Source: Myxococcota bacterium
GTDB lineage: Bacteria; Myxococcota_A; SURF-8
Direction: 5' to 3'
Assembly (NCBI GenBank): GCA_963674735.2
Contig: CAXXQS010000002.1
Span: 1,824,001 to 1,888,000, forward strand
DNA: 64,000 nt
Shown piece after piece: positions 19,226 through 27,492 of this stretch; positions within the stretch are counted from its first letter, which is position 1; each line of letters opens with the position of its first letter. The notes under the pieces were generated by a model that was given only the letters and a program-made list of their open reading frames with translations, made no database searches and was not told the DNA's origin. Position numbers and translations under genes: made by a program.

Positions 19226-20812
19226 TTAATAATAACGGAATCCGTCGCCGGATTCCAGTGTCAAACCGTGGTCGCGGGCGGTGTCGAAATACGAACCGTC
19301 GCTCAGGCGAAGTTGCCCGGAAATCCCCACACGAATGGCCGCCGGTCCCGCCACCGGGCAGGCGTGCTCGCAACTGCCGCAGCCGTTGCAACGCGCTTCG
19401 TCCACGAACGGCCGCCGGTCGCCGCCGGGGATTTCCTTCCAGGTGATGGCGGCGTACGGACAGTTTTCGTCGCAGACAAGACAGTAGCGTCCCTGTTCCC
19501 ACACTACGCAGCGGCCCGGATCGATGACGGCGTTGCCCAGTTTGGCGTAAGGCTTTTCCTGAAAACTCAGTTCGCGGATGGCGTTGGTCGGGCAGACGAT
19601 TCCACACGCGTTACAGGTGGGCTCGCAGGGGCCGAGGCGCAAAACGGCCATGGGCGTCATCACGCCCGCCGGACCCGCCTCGAACCAGGCCGGTTGCAAG
19701 CAGTGTGTGGGACAGGCCTGCATGCATGCGCCGCAACGTACGCAACGCGCCAGAAAATCGGGTTCGGGCAATGCACCGGGTGGCCGGATCGTGTGTTCGT
19801 CGGCTAAAAGCGAGGTCGGATGGTGCCCCAGCCACAGCGCGCCCAGCGTTCCCGCGCCGACTGCTCCCAAAGCCTGACGACGCGAGAGATCGAGCCCGGC
19901 CTTGCGGGATGGGGTCGCGGCGGGGGCGGAATCCGTTTCCGACACGGTGGATAGGGCGCTTAGGGGAACGAAGTCGGTGACGTGCAGGTGGCAGTCGGGC
20001 ACGCAACGTCCGCACTGGATGCATTCTCCCGGGTCGTATCGACGGCGGTCGGTAGCGTCGATGGCCCCGGTTTCACAGGTGCGGCCGCATTTACCGTCGC
20101 CGTCGCAGGCGATACCGACGCGCCGACGCATGACAGAAAAACGCGCGAACAGCCCGAACAGCGCTCCCAGCGGGCACAAGCTGCGGCAGTAGAAACGCCG
20201 TTGATAGCGCCCCAGCCACAGCAGTGCGAACAGAAACAGCAGTGCGACGAACCCGCCGCCGTTGAGAAAAGCCGGGTTAAGGGTGGTGCGTGCCAGTCCC
20301 ATAAAACCGGCCCATTCGAGCAGCGGCCGCGCGAGATCCAGCAGGCCGTTGCCGCCGATGAGCACCAGCGGCCAGAGCGCCCAGGCCACCAGACGGGTCA
20401 TCCAGCACAGGGGATCGAGCCAGTAAACCAGCCCCTGACCGAAGAGCGCGGCGACCAGGATCAGCAGCAGAAAAGCGTATTTGACACCCCGCCACAGGCG
20501 CGCGTCGTTTTTCAGGCGGCGCTTGCGACGGCGGCCGAGCAGGTCGTCGCCGAGTTCCAGGCAGGTGCCCAGCGGACACATCCAGCCGCAGAAAAAACGG
20601 CCCAAAACCAGCGTGAGGCCCAGCATGGCGAAGCCGATCACGAGAGCGGGCAGCCAAACCCGCCCCGCCAGAGCCGCTTGAATCGACACCAGCGGGTCGA
20701 GACGCAGAAAGATGGCGGACGCGTCCGATTCGGGCGGCTGGTAAAGCGCCAGCACGCTCAGGGTGACGAAAAGCGCCAGCATGAGCAGTTGAATGGAACG
20801 GCGAAGAGTCAT
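19226..20812 (-). CDS. Membrane polyferredoxin (NapH/MauN-like fused to NapG/MauM-like)
   Basis: GRFFCGWMCPLG and RFYCRSLCPLG, multiple CxxCxxCxxxC motifs, IRPPGA and RCVRCGACMQACPT. Confidence 0.88.
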   Translation of the reverse strand: MTLRRSIQLLMLALFVTLSVLALYQPPESDASAIFLRLDPLVSIQAALAGRVWLPALVIGFAMLGLTLVLGRFFCGWMCPLGTCLELGDDLLGRRRKRRLKNDARLWRGVKYAFLLLILVAALFGQGLVYWLDPLCWMTRLVAWALWPLVLIGGNGLLDLARPLLEWAGFMGLARTTLNPAFLNGGGFVALLFLFALLWLGRYQRRFYCRSLCPLGALFGLFARFSVMRRRVGIACDGDGKCGRTCETGAIDATDRRRYDPGECIQCGRCVPDCHLHVTDFVPLSALSTVSETDSAPAATPSRKAGLDLSRRQALGAVGAGTLGALWLGHHPTSLLADEHTIRPPGALPEPDFLARCVRCGACMQACPTHCLQPAWFEAGPAGVMTPMAVLRLGPCEPTCNACGIVCPTNAIRELSFQEKPYAKLGNAVIDPGRCVVWEQGRYCLVCDENCPYAAITWKEIPGGDRRPFVDEARCNGCGSCEHACPVAGPAAIRVGISGQLRLSDGSYFDTARDHGLTLESGDGFRYY

Positions 20813-21756
20813 ACGGTCTTTTTGAACACGTTCAGGGTGGAAATGTCAAGCGAACCGAGTTGATGCTCGGCGGCATAGACCAGAAACGGAATATCCTGGG
20901 GCTTGTAACCCTTGCCGCCGTAAGGGGCCAACGTGAGGCCGTAGGCATCCACCGATACCGGGTTGACGCCCGCCAGGACGGTGTCGAGGGCGTCGATGCG
21001 CCCCGGCCCGCCCGGTCCGCCGGTGACGAGTGCGCGCGTGGCGTCGAGCAGGGTGAGTTTGGGGCGGATGAAGGTGGCCATGTCGGCGATGGCCTGATGC
21101 AGGTTGACGGCCACGTGCCAGTAACGGCGGTCGAGCACCGCGCCCATCCAGTTTTTCATGCCGAAGCTCACCTTGGCGGAGCCGTGCGACTTGGCTACCG
21201 GGGCGTTGATCACGCAGTCGGCGTCCAGAATATCGACGGCCACGGCGGCTTTCTTGAGGGCTTTGCCGCGTGGAATGGCGACCTCGCGGAAGAAATTGTC
21301 GCGGGTGATGGTGAATGCGTAGGTGTCGTCGAGCCCCTCGACGGCTTTGGCCACTCCGCAAGCGCCCAGGGCGACATCGGCCTTGTGGCAGGGATTGTCG
21401 AACACCATCACGCGCTTGGCCCCGGCTTCCAGCGCCAGTTCGGCCAGGGCGCGGATGACGCGCGGGTCGGTGGTGGTGGCTTTTTCGGGGGCGTTGCCGA
21501 AGCCCATGTTGGGTTTGATGGCCACTTTGTCCCCCTTGGAGACGAAGCGACTCATGCCGCCCAATGCGGCGACGGCGGCGCGCACGTTTTTCGCCGGGTC
21601 GGGGCCTTTGATCAGCGCAAGATCGGGAATCGCCTTGGCCGGGGCGGTCGGTTCCTGTGCCCAGGCGGCGCGAAAGGGCAGCAGTTCGGCGGAAAGCCGG
21701 GCGGACAAGCCACCGACGGCGGCCAGTTTGAGGGCGTCACGGCGGGTAAGTGGCAT
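20809..21756 (-). CDS. DUF362 family protein with a Tat signal peptide
   Basis: TRRDALK twin-arginine signal, GGM..FV..GD.V.IKPN, TT.P, N.PV.K.H, MKNWMG and D......GP..G. Confidence 0.85.
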   Translation of the reverse strand: MPLTRRDALKLAAVGGLSARLSAELLPFRAAWAQEPTAPAKAIPDLALIKGPDPAKNVRAAVAALGGMSRFVSKGDKVAIKPNMGFGNAPEKATTTDPRVIRALAELALEAGAKRVMVFDNPCHKADVALGACGVAKAVEGLDDTYAFTITRDNFFREVAIPRGKALKKAAVAVDILDADCVINAPVAKSHGSAKVSFGMKNWMGAVLDRRYWHVAVNLHQAIADMATFIRPKLTLLDATRALVTGGPGGPGRIDALDTVLAGVNPVSVDAYGLTLAPYGGKGYKPQDIPFLVYAAEHQLGSLDISTLNVFKKTV

Positions 21757-22004
21757 GGCGGTCTCCCTGGTTGGTTGCGGATCCTGACGTTGCCGTTTTA
21801 CTGTATCGGAAGCGGAGCCGGAAACCAGGATTTTTATCATAACCGACCCGGTAAGACTTAAGAGGGTTTCGACTCGCCGTTTTTTTCCGTTTTTTCACGA
21901 GCGATCGTAAAAAATCACACAATTCGAATGGACCCTCGACCGTATTTGCCGGTATGATAGCGCCGCGATCGAGCCGAAATACCGAATCAACGACGGGATG
22001 GGAC

Positions 22005-22922
22005 ATGACGATACGTGAACCCGAACTTCGAACCCTTACGCGGCCCGACGGCAAGCTGGCTTATTGGGAGTGGAAGCAGGCCGGTTCCGCCGCGCCGCTC
22101 TTGCATTTCGCCCACGCGAACGGCTTCAACGGCTTTACCTACCGGCGCTTGTTGGGACGTCTGGCCCAGCGGGTCCGTGTGTGTGCTTGGGACGCGCGCG
22201 GCCACGGCCGCTCGACCCTGAACCGCGATCCGGCCGGATTGACGTCGTGGGATGTATATCAATCTGATTTAATTGCGCTTTTGGATTCGTTTGGCGAACC
22301 GGCGGTTTTGGTCGGGCATTCGATGGGCGGCACGGTGAGCCTGGAGACGACGGCGGCGCGGCCCGATTTGGTGCGCGCCCTGATCCTGATCGATCCGGTT
22401 ATTTTCCCCTATTTCTGGCTGCAAATGTGGGGCTTGTTCAAAAATCTGGGTCTGGGTCAGCGCATTCCCATCGCCGCCCGGGCGGCCAAACGGCGTGCGC
22501 TTTGGCCGGATCGCGACACCCTGTTCGACAGCTACCGCCGACAAGCGGTCTTCGGCGGCTGGCCGGACGCCTGGTTACGCGATTATATCGCGGGCGGCAC
22601 GACGGACCGTGCCGATGGCCGGGTGGAACTGAGTTGTCGGCCCGAGTGGGAGGCGCGCAGTTTCGCCACCTTGTCGCACAAAGCGTGGGCGCGCATGCGC
22701 GGCGTGCGTGTGCCGGTGCTGGTGCTGTGCGGGGCGCGTAGCGATACGTTCCTCCCGGCGGCCCGACGGCGCATTCAACGGGTGCTGCCCCAGGCGCGGG
22801 TGGTTTGCGTGGAGGAGGTGGGCCATTTCGTTCCGATGGAAGCCGCCCAGCGCGTACAGACCGAAATCGAAGGTTTTCTTGCCGATCTGCCTGAGATGGC
22901 GGGCGGGCCGGAAGCGGCGTAG
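22005..22922 (+). CDS. Alpha/beta hydrolase
   Basis: HANGF, D.RGHG.S, nucleophile motif GHSMG and C-terminal GHF.P.E. Confidence 0.9.
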   Translation: MTIREPELRTLTRPDGKLAYWEWKQAGSAAPLLHFAHANGFNGFTYRRLLGRLAQRVRVCAWDARGHGRSTLNRDPAGLTSWDVYQSDLIALLDSFGEPAVLVGHSMGGTVSLETTAARPDLVRALILIDPVIFPYFWLQMWGLFKNLGLGQRIPIAARAAKRRALWPDRDTLFDSYRRQAVFGGWPDAWLRDYIAGGTTDRADGRVELSCRPEWEARSFATLSHKAWARMRGVRVPVLVLCGARSDTFLPAARRRIQRVLPQARVVCVEEVGHFVPMEAAQRVQTEIEGFLADLPEMAGGPEAA

Positions 22923-23099
22923 GGTGTTTAACTCTGATTTTAGTCTCGAATCATCTTCGATTGATGATGGGTGGCACGGGCTAAACCGTCAGGTTTGCCC
23001 GTGAAAACAGCATGGGCAAGCCAAAGGCTTGGCCCATGGCACCCCGTAAGCCGAATTATCGTGGGTGGAAAACGGTCAAAAGCTTAGAATTGAAACGCC
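22920..23099. repeat. 180-bp MITE/REPIN-like element, copy 1
   Basis: Inverted near-copy at 63377-63556. Imperfect terminal inverted repeats and two inner inverted hairpins at 22969-23003 and 23011-23044. Confidence 0.85.
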
Positions 23100-23119
23100 G
23101 TGGAAGCGGCGGCATGTCC

Positions 23120-23149
23120 TTGACTTCAGGTGGAAAAGGCAAGTAAACT
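23120..23149 (+). promoter_or_regulatory. Putative sigma-70 promoter for the phosphoesterase gene
   Basis: TTGACT-N18-TAAACT upstream of the ATG at 23214. Confidence 0.45.
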
Positions 23150-23213
23150 CGGAGCGACTATCCTTAGAATCAAAAGTCAATATGGATCACGTTCGACGAA
23201 GTGGAGCAAAACA

Positions 23214-25631
23214 ATGAAACCAACTCTGTTCAAGGTTGCCGCTGCGGCTTTGCTGCTGGCATTTCTCGTCATGTTGGGCGCTTGCGATTCGGGTGGCGTA
23301 GACCCGGCTTTGCCCGACATCCCGGTTCCGGTCGACAAAAAGGAACTGAACGCCGAATGCAATCCGGGTGCGCCGTCTCTGGACGCCTTGTCCCCGGCCG
23401 GTCATGAAGCGGACGCCAGCCGCGCGGTTCTGCCCAACGGGCAAGCCATCACTCCGGCGGGAAAATGGCTGTTGACACGCAAATTCCCCTGGGGCCTGGC
23501 GCTGTCGAGCGACGGCACGCGGGCGTATGTGTCCAACGGCGACGGCATGGCGCTGCAGGTGATCGATCTGACGGGCGACGACCCGGTGCAGAAGCAGCTG
23601 TTGTCCATCAACGCCGCCCATGGCCTGGCGCTCACGGCCGACGACGCCACCTTGTACGTCTCGGGCGGTCCGGATGCGGATGTCAAGGTGCTGGATGTCA
23701 GCGGCGAAACGGCGACGGTGGTCAAGACCATTGCGCTGGAAGGCTATATTTCGGGTTTGGTTCTGAGCGCTGACGAGAGCACGCTCTATGGCCTGACGCC
23801 GACCCAGAGCCGTCTGTTCAAGGTGAACCTGTCCGACGACAGCTATACGGCCGCCACGGTGGGGCACTATCCCTACGATGTGGTGCTGACCGCCGACGGT
23901 GCGACGGCCTTCGTGTCCAACTGGGGGCGGTCGAGCGTTTCGGTGGTGGATACGGCGACCATGCAGGCGACCGACACTATCGAGGTGGAAAAAAATCCCG
24001 AGGGCATGGCGCTGGTGGAAGACGGGGCTTACCTGATGGTGACCAACTCCGATTCGGATTCGATCAGCATCATCGACGTGGCCGCGCTGACGGTGGTCGA
24101 GACGCTCGACCTCGATCCCGATCTGCCGGAGCTGAAGGCCTGGTCGCCCAATGCGGTGGTGGTCCATCCGGCCGCCGACGCGCACCGTGCCTACGTGGCT
24201 TCGGCCGACCACAACGCCATCGAAGTGATCGACACCGCCACCTGGGATATTCTGGGGTCCATTCCCACCGCCTGGTATCCGGTGCGTCTGGCCATGACGG
24301 CGGACGGCTCCCAGCTGGCGCTGGTCAATGCCAAGGGCTGGGGTTCGCGCACCGATCAGGCGACCAGCCACGGCATCTACGGGTTGTTCCAGATTCTCGA
24401 CACCCCCGCCAACCAGACGGAACTCGAAGGACACACGCGGCGGGTGAACGACAACAACGATATCGTGTTGGGTTTCTACCCGGATAACGATTGCGACAAT
24501 CGGGTGCCGGTGCCGCTCAACGAAGACGAGCGCTCGGTGATCGAACATATCGTGTTGATCGTGAAGGAAAACAAAACCTACGATCAGATTCTGGGCGATC
24601 TGGTGGGCGACGAGGGCGACGACTGGCACGACCCCGAATTGACCATGTTCGGGGAAACGGTGACGCCCAACGGCCACGCCATTGCGCGCCGCTGGGTGGA
24701 CATGGTGAATTTCTACTGCGACAGCGAGGTGTCGTTGCAGGGCCACATGTGGACCACCCAGGCCGATTGCAACGATTACACGGAAAAGCTGCGTTACGAC
24801 CGCTATCCCATCACGGGTGTCGATCCGGCCACCATCACCGAAAACGGTTCGATCTTCACACATCTGGACGACAACGGCATCAATTTCCGGGTTTACGGCG
24901 AAGTGGTCAATTTCGCCTTTGACGAACTGGAGAAATGGCGCGACAAGATCGATCTGAAGTACCCCTTCTGGTCCCAGGGCGTCACCGATGTGGCGAAGGC
25001 CACCGAGGTGATTCGCGAGTGGGATCTGGCGGTGGAAACCGGCGACGAGCGGCTCTTCCCGCCCTTCATCTACATCGTGTTGCCCAACGATCACAACTTC
25101 GGCAACAAGCCGGGCAAACCCACGCCGTCCACCATGGTGGCGGATAACGATCACGGGATGGGCATGCTGCTGGACTGGCTGAGCCATTCGCCGTTCTGGG
25201 AGAAAACGCTGTTCATCGCCATCGAGGACGATGCGCAATCGGGCTTCGATCATCTCGACCCGCACCGCTCGGTGTTCTTCGTGGCCAGCCCCTGGGTGAA
25301 GCGCGGCTTGTTGAGCGAGGTGCATTACTCGATTCCGTCGATCTATCGCACCATGGATCTGATCTTCGGAATTCCGACTTTGAACAAAAACACCTACATG
25401 GCACCGCCGATTCTGGATATCTTCACCGACGAGCCCGATTACACGCCCTACGAGGCCATCGTCCCCGATGTGCCGTATGAGATCGTGCCGGAAGATTCGC
25501 GGATTGCCCCGGAGTTGGAGGAGCACGACTGGTCGTTCTTCGACGGCAAGAAGGGGCTGGAGCATGTGCTGTGGCGGATGACCAAGGGCGACAAGCCGAT
25601 TCCGTCTTACGCCAAGTGGCTGGACGAGTAG
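23214..25631 (+). CDS. Bifunctional YncE/YVTN beta-propeller plus phosphoesterase (alkaline-phosphatase-superfamily) lipoprotein
   Basis: Lipobox LGAC; LPNG..ITPAG; YVTN-like repeats; KENKTYDQILGD, S..GH.W, LPNDH, VADND and EDDAQ.G.DH. Start set at MKPTLF. Confidence 0.85.
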   Translation: MKPTLFKVAAAALLLAFLVMLGACDSGGVDPALPDIPVPVDKKELNAECNPGAPSLDALSPAGHEADASRAVLPNGQAITPAGKWLLTRKFPWGLALSSDGTRAYVSNGDGMALQVIDLTGDDPVQKQLLSINAAHGLALTADDATLYVSGGPDADVKVLDVSGETATVVKTIALEGYISGLVLSADESTLYGLTPTQSRLFKVNLSDDSYTAATVGHYPYDVVLTADGATAFVSNWGRSSVSVVDTATMQATDTIEVEKNPEGMALVEDGAYLMVTNSDSDSISIIDVAALTVVETLDLDPDLPELKAWSPNAVVVHPAADAHRAYVASADHNAIEVIDTATWDILGSIPTAWYPVRLAMTADGSQLALVNAKGWGSRTDQATSHGIYGLFQILDTPANQTELEGHTRRVNDNNDIVLGFYPDNDCDNRVPVPLNEDERSVIEHIVLIVKENKTYDQILGDLVGDEGDDWHDPELTMFGETVTPNGHAIARRWVDMVNFYCDSEVSLQGHMWTTQADCNDYTEKLRYDRYPITGVDPATITENGSIFTHLDDNGINFRVYGEVVNFAFDELEKWRDKIDLKYPFWSQGVTDVAKATEVIREWDLAVETGDERLFPPFIYIVLPNDHNFGNKPGKPTPSTMVADNDHGMGMLLDWLSHSPFWEKTLFIAIEDDAQSGFDHLDPHRSVFFVASPWVKRGLLSEVHYSIPSIYRTMDLIFGIPTLNKNTYMAPPILDIFTDEPDYTPYEAIVPDVPYEIVPEDSRIAPELEEHDWSFFDGKKGLEHVLWRMTKGDKPIPSYAKWLDE

Positions 25632-25643
25632 GAGGTTCAGAAT

Positions 25644-27392
25644 ATGAAAACACGTAATCAACACGCTTGGTTCTGGCTGGTCGCGCTGATGCTTCTGCTC
25701 GTAACGGGATGCGGCGGTGGTGGCGGGACGGATGTGGACGGCGATCTGGATAGCGCGCCCGACGGCGACACGGACGGGGATGATCCCGACGGCGATACCG
25801 ACGGAGATGACCCCGATGGCGACAGCGACGGCGACGCGGAGGGCGAAGAACCGCCCGACGTGGAAGAGTTGGTGGAACAGGGCTATTTCTGGCTGGAGAA
25901 CGGCGAAGCGGCCTTCGCCGCCGACATCTTCGCCGAGGCCTTCGCCGTCGTCCCGGACGATCAACGCGTGCGCTTCGGCTACGCGTTGTCCGAATCGATG
26001 GTGGGTTTCGAACTCCTGTTCGATGTGGCACTGGGTGCCATGGCGGGCCAGCTCAGTTCGAAGCCCGTCGAGATGGGCCCCGATGGGCCGGTCTGGAAGG
26101 ACGGAGACGACAGCCTCAACGAATGGTTCGATGAAACCCTGCAACAGGTTTTCTCGCTGATCAATAACCAGTTCCTGTTCGCGGTGGAATTGTATGCGCC
26201 GCTCAAAGAGACGGGCGGGGTGTCGATCACCGTCAACAAGATTCCGTTCTACCTGGCCATGCAGCACGAATCGTGGATCCAGGGCGAAATCGACGACGCC
26301 GATGTTTACATGTTCGACGGCATCGCGCGCCTGATGGCCGGGCTGTTCGAATTTTTGCAGGCGCACGGCCTGGAAACCGATCTCGGGACGGCCATCAGCG
26401 TGGGAGCGGAGCTGGTCAAGGGCGACGCCAATCTGCAGAGCATCCTGGGGCTGGTGACGTTCCTGCTCAACGCCAACGACGGTTTCCTGGATTTCAACGC
26501 GGAAGGAAGCGCCCGCATCGCCAACAGCCGCGCGTTGTTGGTCGGCGCTTTGGACGACCTGCTCTTGGCGGCGGCGGCGGCCGAAGCCGAGCTGGAAACC
26601 GACCGCGATCAGAGCGACGACATCTTCGTGGTGGAAGATGACGACGGAATCAGCATGAGAATGAACCTGTGGAGCTGGGAAACGGACGACGAGAGCGGCG
26701 AGCCCGTGGCCGATTTGACCGAACTGACCTTGATCGAGCCGTCGGTGCTGGTGGCGGCCAGCGAAGTCAAAGCGCAGATCGAAAACGGCGGCGACGCCCT
26801 GCCGTTCTCCACCCACTACATTCCCTTGGTGAGCGCGGCGGCCATCGTACCCATCGGGTTCGGCCTGCTCGAGGCTTTCGGGGTCGATCTCGGATTGGAT
26901 ATCGCCATCGTGTCGCCGTCGGTTTTGGCGGGCTTGATCGGCACCTTCGTTAATCTCGACGTGGTGGCCCTCGATCTGAACGCCTACTACGCCGACCCGG
27001 TTCCGCTCAGGGACATGCTGCCCGAGTGGACGACCGACCGGGGTACCTGGGACAACATGCTGATCATGGAATGGGAATGTCCGGCGGAACTGGATGACGA
27101 CGTGCCCGATGGCGCGGGCGGCTTGCTGTGCGCCGGTGGCGACGAGACCCTCGTCGATGCGGAGCATTTCAAGGACACACCCTATGAAATTCCGCTCGAC
27201 GACAAGTTGCTGGGAACCCCCTACATCGCTTTCCGCGATCCCACTTTCGGCGGCATGCTGTACGTGGACGTGGAAGCGCTGGATCTGGACGGCTACGACG
27301 ATGACGCACGCTGGGTTCCGGCGGATCAATTCAACCTCAATGCGGCGCTGGGCAAGATTCTGGCGCGCATCGGGAGCCTGATCGGAGACTGA
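25644..27392 (+). CDS. Acidic lipoprotein of unknown function with a DGD-repeat linker
   Basis: AGGAGG RBS, lipobox VTGC, DGDxDGD repeats, then a TPR-like helix pair; followed by a terminator. Confidence 0.75.
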   Translation: MKTRNQHAWFWLVALMLLLVTGCGGGGGTDVDGDLDSAPDGDTDGDDPDGDTDGDDPDGDSDGDAEGEEPPDVEELVEQGYFWLENGEAAFAADIFAEAFAVVPDDQRVRFGYALSESMVGFELLFDVALGAMAGQLSSKPVEMGPDGPVWKDGDDSLNEWFDETLQQVFSLINNQFLFAVELYAPLKETGGVSITVNKIPFYLAMQHESWIQGEIDDADVYMFDGIARLMAGLFEFLQAHGLETDLGTAISVGAELVKGDANLQSILGLVTFLLNANDGFLDFNAEGSARIANSRALLVGALDDLLLAAAAAEAELETDRDQSDDIFVVEDDDGISMRMNLWSWETDDESGEPVADLTELTLIEPSVLVAASEVKAQIENGGDALPFSTHYIPLVSAAAIVPIGFGLLEAFGVDLGLDIAIVSPSVLAGLIGTFVNLDVVALDLNAYYADPVPLRDMLPEWTTDRGTWDNMLIMEWECPAELDDDVPDGAGGLLCAGGDETLVDAEHFKDTPYEIPLDDKLLGTPYIAFRDPTFGGMLYVDVEALDLDGYDDDARWVPADQFNLNAALGKILARIGSLIGD

Positions 27393-27422
27393 CTGATCGC
27401 GCGTTGTTGAAATTTTCAACCG

Positions 27423-27465
27423 ACAAGCCCCGTGGCGCAACTGATACGCACGGGGCTTGTTTTTC
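27423..27465 (+). terminator. Rho-independent terminator
   Basis: Stem ACAAGCCCCGTG/CACGGGGCTTGT followed by a T-run. Confidence 0.8.
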
Positions 27466-27492
27466 AAAGAGACTTTTTTCGCGGGAGATAGC

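Noticed and set aside
22969-23044. Hairpins considered as a c-di-GMP riboswitch or a simple terminator
   Set aside because: They lack the GEMM GNRA-loop/receptor pattern and a U-tract. Recurrence within a TIR-bounded repeat explains them better.
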